In this document: piece after piece, positions 47,161-58,586 of the stretch
How positions within the stretch are numbered: the first letter of the stretch is position 1
Layout of the letters: every line of letters starts with the position of its first letter
NCBI GenBank assembly: GCA_040437565.1
Contig: JBDOQK010000014.1
Coordinates: 372,001-436,000, forward strand
DNA from: Albugo candida
Taxonomy: Eukaryota
Length of the DNA: 64,000 nt
Reading direction: 5' to 3'
The notes under the pieces: model-generated
Told to the model about the DNA's origin: nothing
Databases searched by the model: none
The model's input: only the letters and a program-made list of their open reading frames with translations
Program-made: the position numbers and the translations under genes

Positions 47161-47929
47161 TCAATCTTTTATTTTGATGTTGAATAAACCTGAAAATAAT
47201 ACTATGAGAGTCTGATCTATTATCGCCTCCCACAAAGTACGTACATCCTGGTAGAGAAGTGACATCTGCGTTTACAATCGCCGTGATGCCCAAATTTGTT
47301 AAGGCTCCTCTGATAAATCCACAAGGAAACACCAAATAAACTAGTGCCATTTCCCTTGTACTTTCATCCGTGGAAGCTGAAAACGATGATAGCCATCGAA
47401 AACTGAAATCCTGAAGTACAAAAACACCCTAAATAGAATTTTCATAAAAGGAGTGTCTTCCGCTGGTGTATTCGCGATCATACGCGATGGTTTGTTTGTA
47501 ATTTATCAATTTGCTTCTTGAATACAGATATCCAAAATTCTTTACAAATAAACTTTATCACATCCAAAGGCATTGTCATTCGAGGGCGATCTTTGGCATA
47601 TCTACAGCATCAATATTTGGATTTTGAGCGCATATACGATCGTTAAGAACTTTCTACCTTTCGGCGAAACGATAGCCGACATCAAAGCCTAGTCCTTCCA
47701 GTTTCTTGAGGAAATCCTCCCGCATAGCTCTACTTTGTTCGACTTCATTAGGCTCAGGAACTTGACTTATTTTGCCAGATTTCGGTTCTATTTGCCGGAA
47801 CTACATATTCTCAGAGAGCTATATTATTGATACAAACACTTTGCTTGCATTCTCCATTATACAGTGTACCAGAGAACGCACAATCTCTCCATAGAGCTGA
47901 ATGAAGCAACACTCTGCCACTTCTTTCAT
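47161..47929 (-). CDS. TRAPPC6: TRAPP complex subunit 6 (Trs33)
   Basis: Spliced: MKEVAECCFIQLYGEIV ... KLEGLGFDVGYRFAER|YAKDRPR..LDVIKFICKEFW...KQIDKLQTNHR|GVFVLQD.FRW...FPCGFIRGALTNLG. Four introns; TGA at 47161. Confidence 0.9.
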
Positions 47930-48021
47930 TCGGAGCAATTTACGCAGTTATCAACCAATCCAGAGCCTACAACAAAACTTCCACCCAATCACTTTTCTCC
48001 CTGTCTTCCTGCTGTAACACA

Positions 48022-48813
48022 ATGGAGAACGAAGATTCTTCCTTTGGATTCATTCTTGTCCTCGCGCTGGTTGTACTGAGCACACTGTATTTCATTTTTC
48101 TACAAAACAATGGTGAGCAAAGAATGACGCAACAACGCCACGAAACAAGCGGTTCCAACGCGCAATCGAAGAGCGATAACGTAACACGGGCATCTGTAAA
48201 TGCTCTGTCAGAGTTTCAATTACGACTCCATCGGGCATTACCGTCTCGTAATGGAAGTCGCACTATGACTATATCCGGTGAAGCCTTATTCAGTTCTCTC
48301 ACTGATGTCGAAGCACATCAAAGTAATTCTCTAAAATGGAAAGACGAGAAGCTCCCGATTTTACTACACGATCTCATACAAATCGCAAATGTATTCATTT
48401 TGTGTACGATTTCAGCGGGTTGTGATAAGAAAGTCATGGAGAGAGTACGCTTTGCTATAGTCAGCTCTGTTCGGAATACTGTTTCAGAATCAGAGACTCA
48501 AAGTCATCAGTTTCCTGCCCACAAAATACTGTTCTGCTCGACGTCAATTGGGAAGATTGCATTTGTACGTCAGCTTGAGCCACAAATCCACGTGGAAGGT
48601 AGGATCATTTACAATTTCGGATATTTCAACTCTTATGACCTTCATTCGTTGTTTCTAGTGGACATGCAGGTAGTCAGAGATCTTCAAGCTCATGTTCCAC
48701 GTATACTATACACATCATCGTGTATAGAAGCACTACCACCTTTTGCAAGCATTGTCCATGTTGCAGAAGGCCTCATGCCTTATTGCGATCTAATTCGAAC
48801 ATCTGCACAATAG
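48022..48813 (+). CDS. Peroxin PEX22-like protein (plant type)
   Basis: N-terminal TM segment; HKILFCSTSIGKIAFVRQLEPQIHVE resembles plant PEX22 KVLFCST..GR.SFVRQLEP..H. Probable intron 48599-48658. Confidence 0.65.
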   Translation: MENEDSSFGFILVLALVVLSTLYFIFLQNNGEQRMTQQRHETSGSNAQSKSDNVTRASVNALSEFQLRLHRALPSRNGSRTMTISGEALFSSLTDVEAHQSNSLKWKDEKLPILLHDLIQIANVFILCTISAGCDKKVMERVRFAIVSSVRNTVSESETQSHQFPAHKILFCSTSIGKIAFVRQLEPQIHVEGRIIYNFGYFNSYDLHSLFLVDMQVVRDLQAHVPRILYTSSCIEALPPFASIVHVAEGLMPYCDLIRTSAQ

Positions 48814-49000
48814 ATGGAACTTACGATGCTACACTTTAGCTTATACAGGAAATGAACAATAGATGCTGTTCAAAGAAAGTGATTTCGGGCAAAACTTAAA
48901 TTTTGATAGCTGTTTGATGGTGTCATTTACAATTCTCTATTTTCACCTCCCACTCGCAATTTTGCAAGCATAAAAGCAATAGAAGCAGCCCAAAGCGTGT

Positions 49001-49705
49001 TCATTGACCCTTTTCACTTCCTCCCACTTTTGATTTTAGAGTGTTTGCGTTCGATTTGGCCATTTCCAGTCCGACACTTGCACCTGCTCGGGCCTGTTCG
49101 AATTCATCAATTAATATTCTCACATCTCACCATTTCACGATACCTTTTCCAAAGTAGCAGAAGCAGCGACAGTTGTGCGCTCATATTGTGTGCTCGCAAA
49201 ATTGGAAGACATCTTGTAAGTATCTGTTTCTTTCAGCTTTCCGATTGTCTCACTTCCTGCAGACACCGCTTTATTCAGTCCAGCAGATAATTTATTTCCG
49301 GCGTTGGAATTTTTTGCTGTCTCATAAGCGCCTGCCGACTTTTCTTTTACTTTCGTGAAGGTGGTACCCAGCAATCTGCATAAGCCGAACAATTATCATC
49401 TGATCCGTGATAAGGGTAGCTCATCATAGAACGTACTTGCCGGCGTTATTGGCACCGTTTTTCAGTTTATCCATTGGAATAACATTTGTGAGGGACGCTC
49501 TATTGAGAAGCGATCGTCGGTTTGTTTCTTTCCCGTCAAATTGTTCCGCGTCCGATTGCCGCTCGACTGACTCTTGCGAGTCGGAAGAATTCCCGGCATC
49601 CTGGTGTTCCTTGAATATCAAATCCTCCAACTCCTGTTCATCTTTGCTCTTCGCATTCTTTTGTCCTTCGTTCGAGCTCGTACTATGGAGACGCACGTCG
49701 TTCAT
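49001..49705 (-). CDS. Hypothetical protein with LEA-like amphipathic A/K/T-rich repeats
   Basis: Three exons joined by GT-AG introns (49436-49376, 49143-49094); TGA at 49001. Confidence 0.55.
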
Positions 49706-50289
49706 TGCGTTTGTAAGTATGGGTAAAAACGGTCATCACATCTGTCTCATTGGTTATNNNNNNNNNNNNNNNNNNNNNNNNNNNNNNNNNNNNNNNNNNN
49801 NNNNNNNNNNNNNNNNNNNNNNNNNNNNNNNNNNNNNNNNNNNNNNNNNNNNNNNNNGTAAAAACGGTCATCACATCTGTCTCATTGGTTATTATTTATA
49901 GCTCAGATCTGAGCGGAACTCGAAAAAACTCGTGCCATTTACGCCGATACGAGCAAGTTGCTCGTTTTCAAATATGGTGACCAGAATCAGATGCACGGTT
50001 AATCATTGCTGTATCGAATGTCGAATGCATACAGTTACAGTTGAGATCTAAAGCAACCGTTGACTGGTCCAGCCAATAGAGCTCTCATATCTTCTTTACA
50101 GCCAATGAAAAGTCTGAATGAAAATGGACTTGCATACAAATTTCAAGTGTGAAGCCGATTGGATTGGCAGTTGGAAAAAAAAAGAAGAAAAGCAAGCGGC
50201 AAAAGTTAAACAGATTGCTTTCAGCTCAGGATCTTGTGTAGACATATTAGTTGAAACGATCATTGCCAGTTTGGTGAAGCTTGAGTCGG

Positions 50290-51220
50290 ATGCATTTAAA
50301 ACATGAAATGATGCATCAAAATACGGCGTCACTTGTCGCGATGTGCAAGGATATAAAAGCTTCACCGGCCAAGCAATCAGTGATTTATAATCATACAGTG
50401 TGTACAGTGCGTAAAGACCGAAAACCGGTATCAAAATGGACTGATGAAGAAGACAATATGATGATTAAACTTGTGGAACGATACGGAACCCGACATTGGA
50501 CTATTATTGGTACAAAATTACCTGGTAGAAATGGAAAGCAATGCAGAGAACGGTACCAACTAATTTGGCTAGTCATTACCGCAATGGTACCTGATTGAAC
50601 GTTTATGTAGCTGGCACAACCAATTAGATCCATCCATTCGAAAAGATCCATGGACCGACGAAGAAGAGCGTATTCTGAAAGAAGCACATGAAAATTATGG
50701 CAATAAATGGGCTGAAATTGCAAAGAAATTACCAGGAAGAACTGATAATGCCATCAAGAATCACTGGAATTCAAGCAAACGTCGGCTGAAACGAAGTCGT
50801 ATGAGCATCTCGGAATCTCAAACCATCGCTGTCGATACAATGGACAGCAAAGTTGAGATAGAAAACCTTAAGGCTTCTCCCAAAAATCTCGCTTTGACCG
50901 CAGTTTCACAAGAATTGAGCCCTGGTCCTTGCAAACCTTCCAAAAAAATACGGCTTTGCTTCCTTGACTATGAGAGGCCCGAAGATCACGAGTCCCTGCA
51001 GCAGCATTCTCCTGTAGATATCAGTCGATGGAGCATACAAACACAAGATCGAGTATTACTACAAAACACCATCGAGCCAAATAGAAGCAAGATCCGTATC
51101 ACTTCGTCTAAAACAGGACCACCAAAAGACGAGAAAAAGCGATTTCTTCAGCTATTAGCTGATGCCGCACTCTTGCAATCACTTTGTTCGATAGATAATA
51201 AGAATACCATTAGGCGATAG
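50290..51220 (+). CDS. R2R3 Myb transcription factor
   Basis: KWTDEED...[43 protein letters not shown]...[25 protein letters not shown]; intron 50553-50610. Start codon uncertain. Confidence 0.9.
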
Positions 51221-51596
51221 GAAAAGATAGTGAGACAGCGATAGTTAATTATACTCTGATATGATAGCTCACCTAGTATGTAATTTTACACAGCATCCCT
51301 AGATCACATCTTTTATTTCGTGTTAAGGACTGACGAAACGATAACGGCTCAGACGGAGCATTGGTGGTCCTATAACCGCTATATGACTTGTTACTTACGA
51401 AACAAACAACCGACAAACACTCACAGAAATAATGCTTGGNNNNNNNNNNNNNNNNNNNNNNNNNNNNNNNNNNNNNNNNNNNNNNNNNNNNNNNNNNNNN
51501 NNNNNNNNNNNNNNNNNNNNNNNNNNNNNNNNNNNNNNNACCGCTATATGACTTGTTACTTACGAAACAAACAACCGACAAACACTCACAGAAATA

Positions 51597-51842
51597 ATGC
51601 TTGGACAAATCACGAAGAAAGTAACGCAAAAGATTGTCAAAGCGAATGGATCACGCAATATATCTCGATCCTCAATGAGAATGGGAGGTGACGAGCATCA
51701 CCAACATTACGTTTTCGAAGGAGATTTCTCGAGGAAATGGGTAACAGGATTGGCGATCGGTGTCGTAGGCGGAGGTGTTGGTATTCCTTTTGCTTTAGTC
51801 AAGTACCAAAATTGGAAGAACGGATTTCCTCGCAAGGATTGA
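51597..51842 (+). CDS. Cytochrome c oxidase subunit VIIc-like small mitochondrial membrane protein
   Basis: Basic presequence, then one TM ending GGGVGIPFALVKYQNWK, similar to COX7C G.GF..PF..V..Q..K. Confidence 0.6.
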   Translation: MLGQITKKVTQKIVKANGSRNISRSSMRMGGDEHHQHYVFEGDFSRKWVTGLAIGVVGGGVGIPFALVKYQNWKNGFPRKD

Positions 51843-51980
51843 TATAGCTATTGGCTGATCATATAGGACGAAACGCAGTTCTAAGTAATACAATTACCAA
51901 TTCTATCTTTCGTCTTGTATTACTTACTAAAGTATCGTATCCGATGATACAGAGTCTTTGCGGCAGCGCACTTACTGAAA

Positions 51981-52830
51981 ATGAGTAAGTATCGCGTGTT
52001 GTGTCTTCATGGCTACCGTCAAAATGGCTTGAAACTTCGCGGTCGTCTCGCTGCTTATCGGCGCGCTTTTAAATCCAAGATAGAATTCGGTTCGCGCGCA
52101 TTTTCATTCTCTCGATTTCCTTACATGATATAAGATTTGTGCAGTTTGTTTTGATGGTCCAATACCTGTGCGGTATGTACCGACAAATGAACAACATTCT
52201 GAGAGGTATGCTACAAAAGTTGAGCAGATAGCTTGAAAAATCTTTCTGAAAAAAAAACAAAAGCTTTAGAGTATGTGAGGGAGATGATATTGTGGCTAAA
52301 CAATTCTCTTGGTGGGACTTTCACATCGATGAGCAAACAGGCAAGCACATTTATAGTCGGGTCAACGAGACCATTGACTACATTTCCAAACTCTGTACGG
52401 AGCACGGACCTTTTGAAGGGATTCTTGGATTCAGTCAGGGGGGAATGCTTGCTATGATGCTACTGCAGCTACAGACAGGTCTATGTGACTCATTCTATCT
52501 GGAATGGCAGTCTCCCACTAACACGATTCACTAGCTGGTTCAAATAATTATGGATTCCAATTCAAATTCGGTATTTTCATTGCTGCGGGAATTTCCCAGG
52601 ATCAGAATTACAACCGGTCAAATTTAGATGACGCGTTGATAGATATTCCAACCGTGCATATTATGGGTCGAAGCGATGCGGTCGTTAGCATAGATCGCAG
52701 TGAGGTGCTGGCCAAACAGTTCTCAAATCCCGTTGTGTTTATTCACGAAGGCGGACATTACATCCCAGCCAACAAAGATCCAAAAGACATCTTAAGAGAT
52801 TTCTATGATAATATTATCGCCAATTTATGA
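51981..52830 (+). CDS. Serine hydrolase FSH1/OVCA2 family
   Basis: RVLCLHGYRQN, GPFEGILGFSQGG, IPTVHIMGRSD and HEGGHYIP across several short introns. Confidence 0.9.
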
Positions 52831-52924
52831 GAAACAGAATGATCGTGCTGTTTGCAATATACAGTATCTACCGTTAGTTATCCAATTAAGCGCCGTAGCT
52901 ATCCTCCGAGCGCGTGGTACGATT

Positions 52925-53415
52925 ATGACTGCTGTCAATGAGACGCGAAGGATCTTCAAAAAGATGGTGAAATTGGCCAAAAGTCTTCCAGTCGAGAAGC
53001 AAGCTGGTACGTTATTAAACATCCGAGCTGAATTCCGAAAGCACCGCGACATTAGAGATCCAATACAGTGCGTACGAATCGATTGAATGCTGCCCCAAAA
53101 GCGATCGTCTTACGATACAATCGATTTGGTAGATTAGCGCAACTTTTGGAACGCGCACAATCCACTATTGGTTATTTGAAAATTGTGACACCGCATAAGC
53201 GATCGGGTACATATATTTTTGTGTGTATGTCAATCCGATGTAAACTATACGTTTCTCCAGATTCAGGCGTGAAGCATTTTGTATACAAAGACGGAGAACG
53301 CATAGAAAAGAGCCTCCAGGCAGGCGAAAAAGCAAAATTTAAGGTGCAAGATATGGAAGAAGGATTGAAACGCCATAATCAACTCATACGAAGGCAATAT
53401 TTCATGGATCGATAA
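52925..53415 (+). CDS. LYR-motif (Complex1_LYR-like) mitochondrial protein
   Basis: RRIFKKMVKLAKSLP...IRAEFRKHRDIRDP|LAQLLERAQSTIGYLKIVTP; two introns. Confidence 0.7.
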
Positions 53416-53707
53416 GCAAATAAACGAGGTATTGAGAGTACAATAGGCATTTCGTAACATGCTATCAGTACTCACGAAGTGTATCGGACCTCGATGCTTC
53501 ACACTTGTAAGAGATAATTGAAGACCAATAATCGCTTCATACAGAGGGAAAGCGTGCTTTTTCGCATACATGTGTATCCAGTATCGCTACGTAGCGTTCT
53601 CTTGTCACTGCCTATATTTCAGAGCCTTACTAAATGCGTATACTGTATCTCGGTCCCTTTCATGATACAAAAGTGATTGGTTAAATAGTGCCGCTTTTCG
53701 ACCCAAA

Positions 53708-54833
53708 ATGGCGGAAATCATCCTCGATCCGAGCATCCGCGATTGGGTCGTGTTTCCAATGCTAATCATCTTTGTTTGCTCCGCAATGCTACGACATTAT
53801 GTTACACTCTTACTAAAGAGCGACACTATAGCAAATGCCGACGAATTGCGCCCAATGTGAGTCATAAAATTAGTGACATCCTCATCTAACTTTGTTCCAT
53901 GACACAGAAACACTATCAAACGAGCCCAAATCACGCGAATGAATTCCAAATTCATAGATCCGGATGCATACGCCATGCGCAAGGTCTGAAATCATTAATT
54001 CTCAGCAGTGTCTTTGCTTACTGCTACCACCTGTAAGCATTATTTCATTGCGTCACAAAAAAAGCACGGAATCAAAGGAGTACTTCGCGAAAAAGTGAAA
54101 AATGAATCAATGAATCAAATGATGAATCCAAATAGTATGCTGGAAATGATGAAAGGAAATATGACTTTCATGGTCTCCAATTTCGTTATGATGGGGCTAA
54201 TGAGCTACTTTTTCGGAGGATTTGTGATCGGTATGTAGCTCTTTCGCTGTGATTATATGTACTCTGTGACACTTTTTTTATTTTCAGCAAAAGTTCCATT
54301 CTCGCTCACTCAGAAATTCAAAATGATGCTACAACGAGGCATCGAATTAAAGTACGATATCGATTCGCTTTACCAAGAAAACTCGTTTGTAACTCGGGAG
54401 GGTTGAAGCACCCTTGATGTATCTTATGTGTCATCAGTATCGTGGTATTTCCTTGTGATGTTTGGCATTCGTGGTTTTCTCTCACTCATATTGGGCGAAC
54501 AAAGCGGTAAGCTCAGATGACGCTCGCATAATTTTGAATCTATTACAGCATTTTGATCGTCTTGTAGCAAGTGACGATACCAAGGCGATGCAAATGCAAA
54601 TGGGAATGGGAGCAGGAGCAAATATGGGATTTGATGCGCCCAAAGCTTACAAGCAAGAACGTGTCAACCTTCGCCTTCAAGTGCATGAATGGGCGCTGGA
54701 ACACGCAGAGAAAAAGCTACTCGGCGAAGCCATCCCAGTTACAGCTTTAGAGACGAGTGGACCGGCTCCACAAAATTCGACTCCGGCAAATCGGAAAAGT
54801 AAATATCAAAAAGTAACAAAACGAAAGCACTAA
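53708..54833 (+). CDS. EMC3: ER membrane protein complex subunit 3
   Basis: [14 protein letters not shown]...[54 protein letters not shown]; about six short introns. Confidence 0.9.
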
Positions 54834-55009
54834 TGAAACGTCAAGCTTTTTGTATTGCTTTTGAATGAGATCGAGTCCTGAGGTTCTTTTTTATATTTTT
54901 AGTTAGCTTCGAGGGCTACACTATAAAACAATTCCAAGTCTGGCTTCCAGCAGCTGATGATCGATGGTTGGCTGGCAAATTGCCCAAATTCTTATCTTTT
55001 GAGACGCAT

Positions 55010-56170
55010 TTAAATTCCGTTTTTCCGCATCACAACATCGACAAAGCATCTCGGCCTTTTGTTCGGTATTGTCGATGGTTTCCAATGGCGTTTGCGCATG
55101 TTGGCAAACCAGTTTCGAACCTGTTGTTCACTTAGACCTGTTCGTTCTGCAATAGACGCGCGTTCGGCGGCATTCGGATAAGGATTCGCTTTATGTGCCA
55201 AGAACCAACCTCGCATAAACTCATTTGATTGTCGTGCAAGACGAGGTCGCTTCCCCATCGCCAAGGAGAAGGGAAAGTCATCTTCAGATCCAAGCATATG
55301 CTGAGCAACTGCATCGAGACTCTTGTTTTCAAACATCGGCGAGATTGAAGATACTCGACGTTTGTCTAGAGTTTTGATAGATGCTTTTTGAATCTCGGAC
55401 ATGACCCGCTGGATGCGACGAACAGCATCGATACAAAGCGCGACGATAGACTGCCATAAATTCCAATAATATAACGCGGTGACTCTCATCATGTGATCAA
55501 TTTTAGCGCCAATAAACGATTTCGTATTGCTACTTTCATTCTTGACTGATTCCAGCAGGGACAAACAGATCGAATTCAAGTGATGATTCTGATATTTCCG
55601 AGCTACACTTTCTAACGTGACGGAATGTTTCGACTGCTGCCCATTCAATCGCGACTTAGTAGCCTTCATTGGAATTCGGTATCCCCAAGCTTCTACCGCG
55701 ACTTGAAAAAGAACGCCAAACAAATAAGAAGGATTCATGCTCATCCATTGCAATTTCCGAATGAATGGTACCAGAAAATGTTCTCCAACCAATGCATTGA
55801 TCTTTGAGTTTGCTTCATGCGCCGACATCAAAAAAAGTTGACAATTCTCATCCGAATTCTTGCACGAGACAGCCTCATCCAACGAGCAAGACGCATCCGT
55901 GTCATCATCGAAAAGTGAAAATGGAGAAATTGGATCGTCATCTCCAGACGCATTGGGATCGCAAGGAGGCGGGGTACTTGAGTCCATTATTGTCTGATTT
56001 TTCTCTTGTTGTATTTTCTCGCAGTCTTCCGCCGCTTTGTGGATATTAAAGTCTCCGAGTTGGATTGTGATTCTGTTTTGAGACGCAAGTCGCCGTTTGA
56101 GATTACTTTTATCGCAACTGTGATGGTTGTGCAACACAAATTTATAATTGAATCGATTTGGAAATGTCAT
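55010..56170 (-). CDS. TALE-class (KN-type) homeobox transcription factor
   Basis: FMRGWFLAHKANPYPNAAER..IAERTGLSEQQVRNWFANMRKRHWKP, with the TALE PYP loop. Confidence 0.85.
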   Translation of the reverse strand: MTFPNRFNYKFVLHNHHSCDKSNLKRRLASQNRITIQLGDFNIHKAAEDCEKIQQEKNQTIMDSSTPPPCDPNASGDDDPISPFSLFDDDTDASCSLDEAVSCKNSDENCQLFLMSAHEANSKINALVGEHFLVPFIRKLQWMSMNPSYLFGVLFQVAVEAWGYRIPMKATKSRLNGQQSKHSVTLESVARKYQNHHLNSICLSLLESVKNESSNTKSFIGAKIDHMMRVTALYYWNLWQSIVALCIDAVRRIQRVMSEIQKASIKTLDKRRVSSISPMFENKSLDAVAQHMLGSEDDFPFSLAMGKRPRLARQSNEFMRGWFLAHKANPYPNAAERASIAERTGLSEQQVRNWFANMRKRHWKPSTIPNKRPRCFVDVVMRKNGI

Positions 56171-56871
56171 TTCCTATGAGGAAGACGTTGTGACTAGACA
56201 GGTCAAAGCGGAAAAGCACTCGCCAAAGTGTCAATTGGTTGAAAATCAAGTCTCATGCAACTGAAAAACTTGACTCTGCCTTGTCTCGCGCACTTCGTAC
56301 TGATAAGAGACACGCCAAAAGGTATGGCAACTAAGAAAATAAGGTCACATTTAGTCAAAATTCCGAGAAAAGAACAATTTTCAAGTCAGTTCAACGGCTA
56401 TATAGCTTTTATTGAACCGTGACAAAGACAGTTTTTGTGTAGCCATGTACAATTCGGAAAAGAATTCGACTCCTTCCGCTTACGAAATCAAACATATATC
56501 CGATTTGCCTCGTCTATGGACGTTCAAAGCAACAATCTATGCTGTCTACAAGCGGTATGACACATGGATCTAAATGCAATCGCTCAGAAATCAATCCATC
56601 GAATGACATTCGACTCTGAATGACGTTAACTGATAGATGTGCAAGTTATATCAATTGCACAGTAGTTGCGATACATTTCGAATTGTGAGGTCACGCATTG
56701 AGCAGTATGGACGTCATTCGCCAATACGTGAAGGTAAGCGGTGTGACGAGACATATAAAAACAAAGAGATGAGTACGATGTTTTCTCAAGGTTCAACTAC
56801 CGCGTTATCTTCGAAATCTCCCTCTTCCTCGCACATTTTCCGGCTTTTCAAAGCTCAAACAAGATGAATGG

Positions 56872-57301
56872 ATGTATTTGGCTCCCTTTCTGATCACAGT
56901 GGGTTTAATTTTATACTCGTTTTTTTGCCCGAGTGGAGGAAAAACTCCCACTAAACGAAAAACGCCACCGCCAAGAATTAATGGATCCATCAAATTATCA
57001 AGCGCCAAAGTTGTTGACACACTTAAAATCACTGATGTTGAAGATCTTTGTGCCAAAGGCGATGGAAAATGTGTGATGTGTCGATGCTGGAAGTCAAAAA
57101 CTGTATGAAGCTATTTTATAGAATAACGGGTCGGTAACGGAGTTGTATGTGTAGTTCCCGTACTGCGATGGTAGCCATACCAAGCACAACAAGGCAACCG
57201 GTATGGTATCCCGACATTGTTCAAAAATGATCAGGCTGACAAGTCTATTTTGTGCAGGGGATAATGTCGGTCCTTTGATCATTCAATCGGGGAAGAAATG
57301 A
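56872..57301 (+). CDS. CDGSH iron-sulfur domain (NEET/CISD-like) protein
   Basis: N-terminal TM; CRCWKSKT|FPYCDGSHTKHNKATG|DNVGPLII; two introns; TGA at 57299-57301. Confidence 0.9.
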
Positions 57302-57422
57302 GCAATGTTTTGACCATGAGCAAGACTTTATCAAATTTGAATTTTCAAAGGTTATAAATAAAGAAAATTTTGCCGACATGACCACACGACACGAATGACA
57401 GTGGCCTGACTCTACAAATATA

Positions 57423-57965
57423 TCATTCTGAACGATGACTCGGTGCACCTTGAGAACTTGAGACGTTGCTGTGCAAAGTCGTGCTCACCTCCTTCACTAT
57501 ACTGTCATCTACGTGATTTATAGCACATTGATAATTCCACTTGTCTAGTCGATTCTTGATCGTTTGGGGGCTCACTCGAATCCCAAATCGTGACATGAGG
57601 AGCTCTGTCATACGATTCAGCGTCAGATCGGCATATGCAGATAGCTGCTCACGCAAGAAAAGCATATGCGTGTGCGTCACTTTTTCAAATCGCTTTCCCC
57701 CCCAGCTTCCACGTTTCGCGCTCATTCCTGTCCGATCATCACTAACCCAGCGATACGCCGTCTTCACATTTACATTGAATTTACGTGCGACCATCTTCCA
57801 ATCTCGTCCAGTCCGTGCGACACTAAGAATCTCTGCTTTCGCTTCTGGACAATACTTTGTGTACTTGTTAGGATGCAAAACCTCTTTTGACTTTACATCC
57901 ACGAGCGTTTGACGCGGAACGTCTTCAAATCTTACAACTAGAGCCTTTTCAGTCGAAGTATCCAT
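57423..57965 (-). CDS. Stand-alone tandem HTH protein related to the N-terminal DNA-binding region of IS630/Tc1-like transposases
   Basis: DWKMVARKFNVNVKTAYRWV...RGSWGGKR..KV...H..FL...DLTL..M...L..RFGIRVSPQTIKNRL. The ORF is intact, ends without a DDE domain, and no TIRs were seen. Confidence 0.65.
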   Translation of the reverse strand: MDTSTEKALVVRFEDVPRQTLVDVKSKEVLHPNKYTKYCPEAKAEILSVARTGRDWKMVARKFNVNVKTAYRWVSDDRTGMSAKRGSWGGKRFEKVTHTHMLFLREQLSAYADLTLNRMTELLMSRFGIRVSPQTIKNRLDKWNYQCAINHVDDSIVKEVSTTLHSNVSSSQGAPSHRSE

Positions 57966-58051
57966 CAGCTATATGCAACGGAGCATCATGACGATTATAA
58001 GGTGCCAAAACAAGATATAACATCATACCTCCGCAACTTGAGTTGTTTTTA

Positions 58052-58118
58052 TCTCAGCTTGAGCTTGTTTTACTCTCAGCTTGAGCTTGTTTTTCTCTCA
58101 GCTTGAGCTTAGTTTTTC
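58052..58118. repeat. Three tandem 22-bp units containing the dyad CTCA-GCT-TGAG, upstream of the HTH gene
   Basis: tctcagcttgagcttgttttac / tctcagcttgagcttgtttttc / tctcagcttgagcttagtttttc; a degenerate fourth copy at ~58033; AGCCAATCA at ~58128. Confidence 0.85.
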
Positions 58119-58586
58119 TAATATATTAGCCAATCATGCTACTTAAATGTTACTATTTGACATTAGTGGATCACTGTGCATGTTTTCGACTCAAATGGAG
58201 ACAATTCCAATGTACAAATTATAGGTTTGCATAGACGGTTTTAATACATGTTTAAAGTCAGTGGCTTTTCTTTTCATCCAATTCTACAGCGATCGATGTG
58301 ATTTCTTCCACTTGACTAGTTCGTTGCTTCCACGATGCCATCAAGTTAGACTGCATACATCAATCTCCTTCACGCATCGTCTGCTGACTTTCACAACCGC
58401 ACTACCTTATAGACGACCTCTGTAAAATTTTTGTTCCCTATCAGACGTCTGATTGCGTCTCTTTTGTCACCTGCCATTTTCTTTCTGTACAATTTGCCTC
58501 TACAAAAAATTCACGTTCTTGTTTTCTTCTTTATTCCCTAATTTCTATATCATTCGTGTCGACGCGAAAGACTTACGATTGTCTCG

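Noticed and set aside
58052-58118. Mini-CRISPR
   Set aside because: The repeats are contiguous without spacers, and there are no cas genes.
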